A stretch of 64,000 nt of DNA from NCBI GenBank assembly GCA_963765495.1, contig CAVXWP010000008.1:544001-608000 (forward strand). The letters are read 5' to 3'. Position numbers and translations under genes: made by a program. Each line of letters starts with the position of its first letter. Position 1 is the first letter of the stretch. Under the pieces are notes generated by a model, which saw only the letters and a list, made by a program, of their open reading frames with translations, made no database searches and was not told the DNA's origin. This DNA is from Blastocatellia bacterium. Lineage in GTDB: Bacteria; Acidobacteriota; Blastocatellia; UBA7656. Of the stretch, positions 36,064 to 45,500 are shown piece after piece.

Positions 36064-36606
36064 ATGAACAAAATTGGCTCAAATTCTGACCTGGCTAAAT
36101 ACATGCATCGCCGGAACTTTCTAAAGACCGTAGTGTTGGGTGGAGGCGCCAGCCTCTTCTCATTTACCTGGGGCTCTAGTACTTCTCTAAGTGCCGGCCA
36201 AACTGACGCCCTGTTACTTTCCTGCATGGATTACCGGTTAGTTGATTACACGTTGCACTACATGGTTGGGCGAGGTCTAAGAGACAAATATGACCACGTG
36301 GTTCTAGCAGGAGCTTCCTTGGGAGCGATTACCGACAAGTACCCTGAATGGAACAAAACCTTCTGGGATCACCTCGGTCTAGCAATAAAGCTACACAGTA
36401 TACACAAAGTAATGGTTTTGGATCATCGAGACTGTGGTGCGTATAAACTCATTTTGGGGGAAGAATGCTGCAATAATCGGGAAAGAGAAACAAAAGCACA
36501 TAGGACGCAGCTTCAGAGTTTGGGGAAAAGTATAAGCAAGAAATATTCAGACCTTGAGGTAGAGTTACTATTAATGGATCTGAATGGAGTGGTAGAAAAA
36601 ATCTAA
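36064..36606 (+). CDS. Beta-class carbonic anhydrase-like protein with Tat signal
   Basis: RRNFLK, CMDYR and HRDCGAY zinc ligand motifs. Confidence 0.8.
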   Translation: MNKIGSNSDLAKYMHRRNFLKTVVLGGGASLFSFTWGSSTSLSAGQTDALLLSCMDYRLVDYTLHYMVGRGLRDKYDHVVLAGASLGAITDKYPEWNKTFWDHLGLAIKLHSIHKVMVLDHRDCGAYKLILGEECCNNRERETKAHRTQLQSLGKSISKKYSDLEVELLLMDLNGVVEKI

Positions 36607-36650
36607 AGAGAAGCACAATGTCAGCGGGGAGATCTTCAAGAGGTGACTTA

Positions 36651-36736
36651 GCCTTGCTGCTCATTCCCGCGGACGCGCATTCCAATGCTTCAGTTTCCCA
36701 TTACCTACAGCGGGCCGCTTTGTGCCTCAATTTGGC
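36651..36736 (+). repeat. attC site, family A, degenerate
   Basis: GCCTTGCTGCTCATTCCCGCGGACGCGCATTCCAA...AGCGGGCCGCT. Confidence 0.75.
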
Positions 36737-36896
36737 TCTCTCGGAAGTAGCCAAAACATTGGTTTGGTAACTACCATTCAAATCCATACTCCATGCTCGT
36801 TTTACCATCTTCAATTGAATCTAAAGTCTATTCCTCGTAAGCTTCCTCTTGCTTCCCTTTTCCTCTTCATTCTGAGTCAATCATTTTGGAGGTTTT

Positions 36897-37376
36897 ATGA
36901 ACGATCTTAATCAAGTTGCTCCTGCCTTCCTTGAAATGGCACATCGTATTGTCTGGTGCAGCGCGGCTACGGTGGATGCCAATGGTAGACCTCGCTCTCG
37001 CATCCTTCACCCGATCTGGCAGTGGGATGGCTCTTCACTCGTCGGCTGGGTAGCAACTTCTCCTACTCCTCTCAAACGTGCTCACCTCAGTTACAGTCCT
37101 TATATGTCGTTAAACTATTGGGCTTCCTCCCATGATACTTGTGTTGCTGAATGTCGAGCAACCTGGGCTTTCGACGAACAGACGCGCAGGATGGTATGGA
37201 ATCTCTTTTCCCACACCCCAGAGCCTGTGGGGTATGACCCGGCGATCATTCCTGGATGGGAGAACCCGACCTCGGAAACATTTGTTGCCCTGCGATTAGA
37301 GCCCTGGCGGCTGCGGGTGTTTCCCGGCAGTGTATTGATGGGACAAGGAGGAAATGTGCTAAGGTGGCAAGCCTAA
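36897..37376 (+). CDS. Pyridoxamine 5'-phosphate oxidase family protein
   Basis: ATVDANGRPRSRILHP motif. Confidence 0.8.
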   Translation: MNDLNQVAPAFLEMAHRIVWCSAATVDANGRPRSRILHPIWQWDGSSLVGWVATSPTPLKRAHLSYSPYMSLNYWASSHDTCVAECRATWAFDEQTRRMVWNLFSHTPEPVGYDPAIIPGWENPTSETFVALRLEPWRLRVFPGSVLMGQGGNVLRWQA

Positions 37377-37507
37377 GAGCAATGCCCCAAATGCCCCACA
37401 AGCAAGTCCATTGGATTGATCTGTTGAACATAGCGCGAATACTTGGAAATTAAGCACAGTGACTCGCAGTGGAGGGGTTAACGAAGATCATAAAATGGAG
37501 ATTTATT

Positions 37508-38446
37508 ATGTACTATAATCGCCGCCGGTTTTTGACCAGCACGACAAGCCTTCTGTTTTCGACATCGATATTAGTTCCCCCCATCTTCCAGGAGAAAAAA
37601 GGAACGCGGCTTATCTTGCTTGGCACAAAGGGCGGGCCAACTGTTGGCGGTGAACTCCGTAAGAATCCCGCGACGCTGCTATTGATCAACGGCACGCCGT
37701 ACGTCGTTGACTGCGGATATGGCGTCTCGCGGCAACTCATCGCTGCTGGTGTGCCTCTTAACAAGCTGCGCTATATCTTTATTACCCATCATCACTCCGA
37801 TCATACCCTGGAGTATGGAACTCTAGTCTATAACGCGTGGGCTACGGATTTACCGTTCCGTGTGGAAGCCTTTGGGCCGCCTGGGTTGGAGGAGATGACG
37901 CAAACTTTCTTCAACTACATGAAATTTGACATTGATACTCGGATAACAGACGAGGGTAAACCCGACCTGCGCAAGTTTGTTTTAGCTCACGATTTCGATA
38001 GGCCCGGTGTAGTGATGCAAAACGATGATGTAAGGGTAAGCGCGGGTCTAGTACGACACCCGCCAATCAAACAATCTTATGCGTATAGGTTCGACGCTAA
38101 GGATCGTTCGGTGGTCATATCTGGTGATACAACCTATTCGCCGGAGCTTGCCGACTTCGCCAAAGATGCCGATGTGCTCGTACACGAAGTGATGTATTTG
38201 CCAGGTATCGAAAGTCTGATGAAGCGCGTGCCGAACGCGGCACAGTTGCGAGAGCATCTATTGGCGAGCCATAGCAGCCCTGAAGATGTCGGTAAGGTAG
38301 CTGCTCAGGCTAGGGTTAAGACGGTTGTGCTCTCTCACTTTGTTCCTGGTAATGATCCATCGATCACAGATGAGCAGTGGGCGAAAGGAGTACGTAAGCA
38401 TTTCAGAGGTCAAATCATCGTTGGCAAAGATTTGATGGAAATTTAG
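37508..38446 (+). CDS. MBL-fold metallohydrolase (RNase Z/arylsulfatase-like), Tat signal
   Basis: RRRFL, LLGTKGGP, THHHSDH, SGDT, LVHE, LSH. Confidence 0.85.
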   Translation: MYYNRRRFLTSTTSLLFSTSILVPPIFQEKKGTRLILLGTKGGPTVGGELRKNPATLLLINGTPYVVDCGYGVSRQLIAAGVPLNKLRYIFITHHHSDHTLEYGTLVYNAWATDLPFRVEAFGPPGLEEMTQTFFNYMKFDIDTRITDEGKPDLRKFVLAHDFDRPGVVMQNDDVRVSAGLVRHPPIKQSYAYRFDAKDRSVVISGDTTYSPELADFAKDADVLVHEVMYLPGIESLMKRVPNAAQLREHLLASHSSPEDVGKVAAQARVKTVVLSHFVPGNDPSITDEQWAKGVRKHFRGQIIVGKDLMEI

Positions 38447-38509
38447 ATCAGGTCCCGTACCGTGAAGAAATACAATAAACGGATCAGGTATTAGCTGATC
38501 ACTATAGCG

Positions 38510-39205
38510 ATGAATAGATTGATTTTCAGTGAAGCTATTGATTCCAGCGCGCCAGTTGTCGGAAATCATGATTTAAGCCGTGTCCTAATTGTAGAAGGCA
38601 CTTCGGGTATTGGCAAATCAACCCTGATCGATCTGCTTGTGCGTCGTTTTATTGACGAAAGACCTGCTCGCAAACTCCGAACATTTTTGCACCTTACCCA
38701 AGCCCATACTTATGGTCCTTTGGCAGTAGATGAGGATCAAAATACTCTGACCAAAGATCAAAACCTCCGCCACCTTGATAATGTTGTTTCGATTCTCGAA
38801 TGGCATGTGTTAGCCCTTACAGCCGAAACAAAGGTAAAATTTTTTGCCGTTGTTGACACGCTCCACCTTACCCATTGCCACCGGCCGGGCCTACTAAATT
38901 GGGAAGACGTTTCGGGGCTTGATTCTCGATTGGCTAGTTTAGGCGCAAGACTTTTGTACCTACAGGCAAATTCACAAACTATATGGGAGCGAGGGATCAT
39001 TCCTCGCCGTGATCAAGAGTTCATATTGGGGTATGCGAATCCTAAATTTGGTAACACATTGGAAGAGATTCACCAATACTTCGTAGCTGAGCAGGAGCGG
39101 ATGCGACAACTTCTTTCAGGTACAAGTATGAAGTATCTTGAAATGGATGCAGATGTTGACCTGAGTTCGAGAGTAGAAGAGGCCTACGAGTTCTGGCAAT
39201 CTTAA
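38510..39205 (+). CDS. P-loop NTPase / nucleotide-kinase-like protein
   Basis: LIVEGTSGIGKST Walker A motif. Confidence 0.65.
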   Translation: MNRLIFSEAIDSSAPVVGNHDLSRVLIVEGTSGIGKSTLIDLLVRRFIDERPARKLRTFLHLTQAHTYGPLAVDEDQNTLTKDQNLRHLDNVVSILEWHVLALTAETKVKFFAVVDTLHLTHCHRPGLLNWEDVSGLDSRLASLGARLLYLQANSQTIWERGIIPRRDQEFILGYANPKFGNTLEEIHQYFVAEQERMRQLLSGTSMKYLEMDADVDLSSRVEEAYEFWQS

Positions 39206-39457
39206 CAGGACCAAAGGAAGTTGGTCGCCGAGCAGACGGCACCGGCATTGCGACAGGGCCGGCTGAAGGCTATGAGGGGCTGCTTCTATATACCGCAAAC
39301 GGGTATGTATCTGTCTTGGTGCTCGTTCTGAGAGACCGAAACGGGATGGAGGGTAGCGCTAACCGCGAAGAACTACTTGCCTACCATCTCAAAACTCGAC
39401 TCGCCAGGCTTAAACCACTGTGAGGTTCCCGCTAAACATGATAATGTGATTCCTACA

Positions 39458-40195
39458 ATGTTTAAATATTTGCGGCACGTAAGATCTGTCTATTTTAGGT
39501 GCACCTGGGAGATCCGGGTTGTATCAAGTGTCGCGGCGTGCTTATGCGTGCTTGCGGTAGCGGGTACTCTCGCAAGTCTGTTCCCTTTACCCGTCTGCGC
39601 ACAGCAGACTGCACCATCGACACCGGTCGTGGTCCAACCTGGTGCGCCGGGGAAACCGACGCGGACTCTTCCCCCGACGACGAGAGCTAAACTCCCGCCA
39701 GCCTCCCCGGCAGATGTGCAGTTCATGCAAGGTATGATTATGCATCACGCTCAGGCAGTTGAGATGACCGCTCTGATCGAATCGCATACCGAGAACAAGA
39801 ACCTGAGGTCGCTAGGTGCGCGAATCAGCAGATCGCAGTCGGACGAGATAAAGTTTATGAAACGGTGGCTGGCTTCCCGTGGACAGCCAGTTTCACTGGC
39901 GATGCCTGACATGCCACACATGCATATGTCGCACGGGTCGATGATGCTTATGCCCGGGATGCTTACCACGGAGCAGATGGAAGCACTCAGGAAAGCAGGA
40001 GGCGAAGAGTTCGACCGTCTGTTTCTAACAGGCATGATTCAGCACCACGGAGGCGCTTTGACAATGGTGAAAGACTTGTTCAACACCGCGGGCGCAGGAC
40101 AGGACGCTGAATTGTTCAACTTCGCAACTGATGTGGATAGCGGACAGCGCGCCGAAATCCGAATCATGGAACGCATGCTAAAGAAAAACCCTTAG
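39458..40195 (+). CDS. DUF305 domain protein
   Basis: DVQFMQGMIMHHAQAVEM, FLTGMIQHHGGA; start uncertain. Confidence 0.88.
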   Translation: MFKYLRHVRSVYFRCTWEIRVVSSVAACLCVLAVAGTLASLFPLPVCAQQTAPSTPVVVQPGAPGKPTRTLPPTTRAKLPPASPADVQFMQGMIMHHAQAVEMTALIESHTENKNLRSLGARISRSQSDEIKFMKRWLASRGQPVSLAMPDMPHMHMSHGSMMLMPGMLTTEQMEALRKAGGEEFDRLFLTGMIQHHGGALTMVKDLFNTAGAGQDAELFNFATDVDSGQRAEIRIMERMLKKNP

Positions 40196-40205
40196 AGGAT
40201 AAGCG

Positions 40206-42224
40206 ATGAATCGAATACATAAGATGGCCTTCCGTTTACTCGTAGCCTCCCTAGTTTTGTTCTGTTTTGTCGGCCAGATGCAGGCCCAAACGCCTTCGCC
40301 TCAGGAGTCATCGAAGCCGGCAGAAGCTAAACCCGATCAAAAGAAAGCAGAAGAAGATCCGTTTGCGCCTGAGCCTGCGCCACCGCTTCCCGCCGGAATG
40401 ACCGGCTCAGATACCAACGACCCGCGAGCCAAGCTGAAACCGGGATTATTCGACGCAGGAGAAGCATCGCTGGGCATGAAGCACCTCCTGCTCCTCAAAA
40501 AACCAGGTCCGTTTCAACTCGACTTTGATCCTGATAATCCAAGAGTTCAGAAGACCTTAGGTCTGCTCGGCGTTGCCGAGCCCGCGAAGATGCCCAAGTC
40601 GCTGCAATTGGTTATTGCTCAACTGGCGTTTGCAAACTCGGACCTCGCCTTCCAGGGACACTACCTGTTCCAGGGTAATTTTTATGGCGTCAATATCTAT
40701 GACATCTCCAATCCCGATAAAGCCCAGTTGTTGACTTCGATGATTTGTCCGGGTGGACAGGGGGATGTGTCGGTTTACAAGAATTTGATGTTTATGTCGG
40801 TCGAGCAGCCAAATGGCCGCCTCGATTGCGGCGCACAGGGATTTCCACCTGCACCTCCGCAGCCCCCCGGCCAGGAGAAAAAGCCAACTATCCCCGCACC
40901 GCAAAAAGACCGATTCCGCGGCGTGAGGATTTTCGATATATCCGACATTAGAAGCCCTAAGCAGGTAGCTGCAGTGCAAACTTGTCGCGGCTCGCACACG
41001 CATACGCTGGTCGTCGATCCGAAGGATAAGAACAACGTCTACATCTATGTATCGGGCACTTCGTTCGTGCGTCAAAATGAAGAGTTGGCCGGGTGCTCGG
41101 GTGAAGCACCGGATAAAGACCCGAACACGTCGCTGTTTCGCATTGATGTGATCAAAGTGCCGCTGGCTGCGCCGCAGGATGCACGAGTGGTGTCCAGTCC
41201 TCGTGTGTTTATCGACCCCCGTACAGGCGCAATCAACGGCTTGAACAACGGAGGCACCCACGGCAAAGACGGCGAGGAGAAGGCAACCGACACCAATCAG
41301 TGCCACGACATCACTGTCTATTCAGCGATTGGGTTGGCCGCGGGGGCCTGCTCCGGAAATGGAATCGTGCTGGACATAAAAGATCCCGTGCATCCAAAAC
41401 GTCTGGACGCCGTGAACGATCCGAACTACTCATATTGGCACTCGGCCTCGTTTTCGAACGATGGTAAGAAGATCGTGTTCACCGATGAGTGGGGAGGCGG
41501 ACTGGGCGCCCGTTGCCGCGCCAACGATCCTAACAAATGGGGCGCTGATGCGGTGTTTCATTTGAAGGACAACAAGCTGAGTTTCGCAAGTTACTACAAG
41601 TTGCCGGCAGCACAGGGCGACACCGAGAATTGTGTTGCACATAACGGTTCTCTCATTCCAGTTCCCGGCCGGGATATAGAAGTGCAAGCCTGGTACCAGG
41701 GTGGCATCTCTGTTATGGACTTTACCGACGCGGACCATCCGGTTGAAATTGCCTATTTCGATCGTGGGCCAATCGATCCACATATGCTCGTACTGGGAGG
41801 CGACTGGTCTGCCTACTGGTACAACGGCCACATCTATGCTTCAGAGATCGCTCGCGGGCTGGACATTTTTGACCTAACCCCAACTGAGTTTTTGACTCAG
41901 AATGAGATCGATGCTGCGAAAACGGTGCGAGTGGCCGAGTTCAACGTGCAGAACCAGCAAAGGATCGAGTGGCCGGCTCAGTTGGTTGTAGCCAAGGCAT
42001 ATCTGGATCAGTTGGAGCGATCACAGGCCCTGCCAGAGAAGCAAATCGCCGCCGTGCGGATGGAGATTCAAAGCGCAGAGAATTCAAATCTGGATCGACC
42101 AGCACTCGCAAAACTTCGGGGCTTGGCGCGATCGCTGAAAGAAAGCGCTGGAATGACCAAGAATACAGTAGACGCGAAGCGATTGCAGGCCCTGGCGGAA
42201 ATCCTACAGCGGCCCGCAAAGTGA
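40206..42224 (+). CDS. LVIVD-repeat beta-propeller secreted protein
   Basis: NSDLAF, CPGGQGDVSV, CRGSHTHT, CHDIT, CVAHNG; commonly paired with DUF305. Confidence 0.82.
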   Translation: MNRIHKMAFRLLVASLVLFCFVGQMQAQTPSPQESSKPAEAKPDQKKAEEDPFAPEPAPPLPAGMTGSDTNDPRAKLKPGLFDAGEASLGMKHLLLLKKPGPFQLDFDPDNPRVQKTLGLLGVAEPAKMPKSLQLVIAQLAFANSDLAFQGHYLFQGNFYGVNIYDISNPDKAQLLTSMICPGGQGDVSVYKNLMFMSVEQPNGRLDCGAQGFPPAPPQPPGQEKKPTIPAPQKDRFRGVRIFDISDIRSPKQVAAVQTCRGSHTHTLVVDPKDKNNVYIYVSGTSFVRQNEELAGCSGEAPDKDPNTSLFRIDVIKVPLAAPQDARVVSSPRVFIDPRTGAINGLNNGGTHGKDGEEKATDTNQCHDITVYSAIGLAAGACSGNGIVLDIKDPVHPKRLDAVNDPNYSYWHSASFSNDGKKIVFTDEWGGGLGARCRANDPNKWGADAVFHLKDNKLSFASYYKLPAAQGDTENCVAHNGSLIPVPGRDIEVQAWYQGGISVMDFTDADHPVEIAYFDRGPIDPHMLVLGGDWSAYWYNGHIYASEIARGLDIFDLTPTEFLTQNEIDAAKTVRVAEFNVQNQQRIEWPAQLVVAKAYLDQLERSQALPEKQIAAVRMEIQSAENSNLDRPALAKLRGLARSLKESAGMTKNTVDAKRLQALAEILQRPAK

Positions 42225-42315
42225 GCCGCAGGCAGAAGATGCCGCATCAGGATGACTTCGTGGTGTTGCGCGCGTTCGGAGTCATCCTTAGATAAACCTG
42301 GGTGGCACTATGAGT

Positions 42316-42398
42316 AGCCAACAAAGCTGTCTTCTCCCACGAGTTTGCACCCTCCCAAATGATAATAGCTTGACTTCCTGATGAATTCGTCGTTAGGC
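42316..42398 (+). repeat. attC-like site, family A, right arm conserved
   Basis: TGAATTCGTCGTTAGGC, with AGCCAAC at the expected distance upstream. Confidence 0.65.
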
Positions 42399-42476
42399 TC
42401 CCTTCCCTGATTACTCGCGGTCAGGTAAATCCAATCAAGCACGTCATCGCCATTTTTCAGATCAACAGGGGAGAAT

Positions 42477-43262
42477 ATGAGCCCCGTTTATTCTTGGAGG
42501 AGCATGACTTCAATAGATAGTAATAACTCAATCAACTTCACAGCGAGACTTGCCGGGTTCCTTTATCTCTTAATGTCCCCTTTCGCTTTCTTCACCTTAT
42601 TTGTACACTTCAATCTTTTTGTGCCCCACAATGCCTCAGCTACAGCCAATAATATTTTGGCTTCTCAATCGCTATTTCGTAGCGGTATTGTTAGCTGGCT
42701 TATATGCCAGACAATCTTTATTTTGTTGCTCCTACCTTTATTTAACTTGTTCAAACCTGTTAACACAAACCTTGCCTTGCTAATGGTCATATTTGCTCTC
42801 ATCAGCGTTCCTATCTCATTTATTAACGAGCTCAACCAATTTGCTGCCCTGATACTTTTGAACAACGCTTACTTTTCTAGCGCATTCGAAGTAGATCAGT
42901 TGCATGCCCAAGTGATGTTCTTTCTCCAGTTGCACGAACACGGTTTTCATATCGTCCATATATTTTGGGGCCTTTGGTTGTTTCCGCTTGGTTATTTGAT
43001 ATTTAAGTCTGGCTTCCTTCCCAAAATTCTTGGCATATTGTTGATAATTGGAGGATTGGGCTATCTTATAGATTTTATTACCTTCGTAGTTTTTCCCAAC
43101 TTCGATGCAACAATCACTCAGTTTACATTTATTGGAGAATTCTTACTTCCCTTGTGGCTATTGATTAAGGGGGTAAACGTAGAGCAGTGGGAAAGATGGA
43201 CACTTGAATATAGACCATCCAGAAGAGATAGAGAGTTTGATGCTTTGGCCAATACTGAGTAA
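42477..43262 (+). CDS. DUF4386 membrane protein
   Basis: ARLAGFLYL, IFWGLWLFPLGYLIFKSGFLPK.LG, WLLIKG. Confidence 0.85.
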   Translation: MSPVYSWRSMTSIDSNNSINFTARLAGFLYLLMSPFAFFTLFVHFNLFVPHNASATANNILASQSLFRSGIVSWLICQTIFILLLLPLFNLFKPVNTNLALLMVIFALISVPISFINELNQFAALILLNNAYFSSAFEVDQLHAQVMFFLQLHEHGFHIVHIFWGLWLFPLGYLIFKSGFLPKILGILLIIGGLGYLIDFITFVVFPNFDATITQFTFIGEFLLPLWLLIKGVNVEQWERWTLEYRPSRRDREFDALANTE

Positions 43263-43263
43263 A

Positions 43264-43290
43264 GGCGCGACGCTGAATTCGGCGTTAGGC
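43264..43290 (+). repeat. attC-like site, family A, right arm
   Basis: GGCGCGACGCTGAATTCGGCGTTAGGC. Confidence 0.75.
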
Positions 43291-43377
43291 TCGCTGATTG
43301 CCATTTATTAACATCTGATTTACAGTATCGCTGTGATCGCAAATCGAAATAATTCCAATCAGTCACTATTTGATCTC

Positions 43378-43425
43378 TAATCCGCGCTAATCCGCCTGAT
43401 CCGAGTCATCCGCGGCCTATTTCAA
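43378..43425. repeat. Palindromic element, family P, half copy
   Basis: TAATCCGCGCTAATCCGCCTGATCCG..CGCGGCCTATTTCAA. Confidence 0.65.
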
Positions 43426-43595
43426 TTCACCGTGCATTCAATTTAACCTGGCAAAACGCCTGACGCATGTTGCCCGCAATTCAAAAACTGAATGACCCTG
43501 AATCAACCTCTTGGTTGAAGGACATTTCGAAGCGCGCTCAACCGGGGGGTTAGATGCGTCTGGAAAATATTGGATAGTTAAAATATGATTTTGAA

Positions 43596-44393
43596 ATGAC
43601 AACTATAGGAACTGTAGAAAGTTTATGGCGTTATCCGGTTAAAAGTATGCGCGGCCAGGAAATTCCCGAAGTTTTTATGGGATTTTCGGGAATCTATGGC
43701 GACCGATGCTACGCTTTCAAAAATTCTGCTGCTCGCAAAGGCTTTCCTTATTTGAACGCAAATGTGCAGCAACAAATGCTGCTTTATCGTCCGCAATTCC
43801 GTCACCCGGAACGAGCATCAAAACCGCCGAATTTGGCTGAAGCGGATAGCATCGCGCCCGGCGTCACTCCTGCAAATGGTGATGCGGAGGATATGGCATT
43901 AGACATTGTTACGCCCTCAGGTGAACTCATTTCCGTTGATGATCCAGCACTTATAAAACTACTTGGCGCAGGAATCAGCGAAAAGAATCAACTAACACTC
44001 GTGCGATCAGACCGAGCTTTAACTGATTGCCGTCCGGTTTCAGTAATCAGCGTGTCAACCGTTCGGCAGGTTGAATCGGAATTGGGTATGCCGATTGATA
44101 AGCGGCGTTTTCGGGCAAACATCTATTTCAATTTCGCGTCTGAGAGCGGCGGATTTGCCGAAGATAATTTTGTCGGTCGCCGTCTGCGTATCGGTTCAAA
44201 GGCGATAATAATGGTTCTTGAGCGTGACCCGCGCTGTAAGATGATTTCGCTCGACCCGGACACCGGTGAACACAACCCTGAAATTTTACGGATGGTCGCC
44301 CAAGCCCACGGTAATTTAGCCGGTGTTTACTGTGCTGTGTTGGTCGAAGGCATATTGAAAAAAGGGGACTTAATCGAACTGATCGCCGATTGA
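43596..44393 (+). CDS. MOSC domain protein (gene cassette)
   Basis: LWRYPVKSM, GDR, RRFRANI, RCKM. Confidence 0.9.
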   Translation: MTTIGTVESLWRYPVKSMRGQEIPEVFMGFSGIYGDRCYAFKNSAARKGFPYLNANVQQQMLLYRPQFRHPERASKPPNLAEADSIAPGVTPANGDAEDMALDIVTPSGELISVDDPALIKLLGAGISEKNQLTLVRSDRALTDCRPVSVISVSTVRQVESELGMPIDKRRFRANIYFNFASESGGFAEDNFVGRRLRIGSKAIIMVLERDPRCKMISLDPDTGEHNPEILRMVAQAHGNLAGVYCAVLVEGILKKGDLIELIAD

Positions 44394-44451
44394 TTTTTCG
44401 ATTATCGTTTGTGGCTTTCTTTTGACAGTATTTGAATGTAAACAGAGGCAC

Positions 44452-44562
44452 ATCTAACAATTCATTCAACCCCACCGCCCTCAGATTGCCATTCATAAAC
44501 ATTCTTTGGGTTCATTCATGTTGCCGCTTGCGGCGGGCGGCGGGTTAATACGGGTGTTAGGC
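44452..44562 (+). repeat. attC site, non-family-A type (111 bp)
   Basis: ATCTAAC-AATTC-ATTCAACCC..CCGCCC...GGGCGGCGGGTTAAT-ACGGGT-GTTAGGC; ATCTAAC is the exact complement of GTTAGAT at 43549. Confidence 0.88.
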
Positions 44563-44590
44563 ATCCAGGGTTCGCTACCGAGGTAGAGTA

Positions 44591-45076
44591 ATGGAAACAA
44601 AATGGCTCCCGGTATGGCCGAAGAAGAAATTGCTAATCATAGTGCCCATACTTCCCATACTGATCCTCACTGCGTTTCTTCTCTCAGGCCCTGTCCTTTT
44701 ACAGACTTACTTATTTGCTGATCTATTTGGCAACTTATCCGACCCTCCCCTGATAATTATGAGCCCTCTCAGGAATAAAGACCCCGAAATGATAGCCAAT
44801 TCTTTTCTTAACCAACTCCAGACCCTCGAACCATCAACTATACTCCGCTCTGTCATCAAGAATGATGCGGACTTTGAGCATATATGTCTTATGGAAAAAG
44901 AACATCGTTTGAAGACCTGGTCTGACTACACCCGCGAAGACAGAGGTGATGAAGTCGTTCTGACGTACTGGCCGCTTCGTGAGAGTTACCTTGATGGATT
45001 TGCCCCTCCCATTATTATCAAAGTGGGCAAAGTTGGGAATGATCTAAGAGTGATTTTCTACAATGCATTATATTGA
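44591..45076 (+). CDS. Hypothetical membrane-anchored protein (promoterless cassette)
   Basis: Starts 29 bp after one attC and ends 7 bp before the next. Confidence 0.75.
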   Translation: METKWLPVWPKKKLLIIVPILPILILTAFLLSGPVLLQTYLFADLFGNLSDPPLIIMSPLRNKDPEMIANSFLNQLQTLEPSTILRSVIKNDADFEHICLMEKEHRLKTWSDYTREDRGDEVVLTYWPLRESYLDGFAPPIIIKVGKVGNDLRVIFYNALY

Positions 45077-45083
45077 AGAACCC

Positions 45084-45168
45084 TCCTAACCACTCATGCC
45101 AGCGGACGCGCTTTCCAACATTTCGTGTTCCACCAGTTCCCTGCGCGCAGATGAATCCGTCGTTAGGC
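45084..45168 (+). repeat. attC site, family A (85 bp)
   Basis: TCCTAACCACTCATGCCAGCGGACGCGC...GCGCGCAGATGAATCCGTCGTTAGGC. Confidence 0.88.
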
Positions 45169-45500
45169 TTTCTTCCATTTGTGCCAAGGTTCTGGCTTAT
45201 TTACACTTGATCTGCATACTCAACATCAAGATAGCCTCTTCAATTCTCGATGGGTCTGCAATCTGCCTTCTTATAGTCAGATTGCCTCTGGCTTGACTAT
45301 ATAAGCGACCAGTCCTCCTACCTCCGCTCGCTCCGCCTGAGCCTTGACCTTTCCTTGCAGTGTCTCAAGTGTTGCTTTTGCTCGGCGACGGTCCATACAG
45401 TAATCAATATCCCTTTAATTCATGTGATTTTTCCTGATGACTGCAACCTATTGCTCACCTGTAGCACTGACTGGGTGGTTCATCTCATATAGGGGGAATT

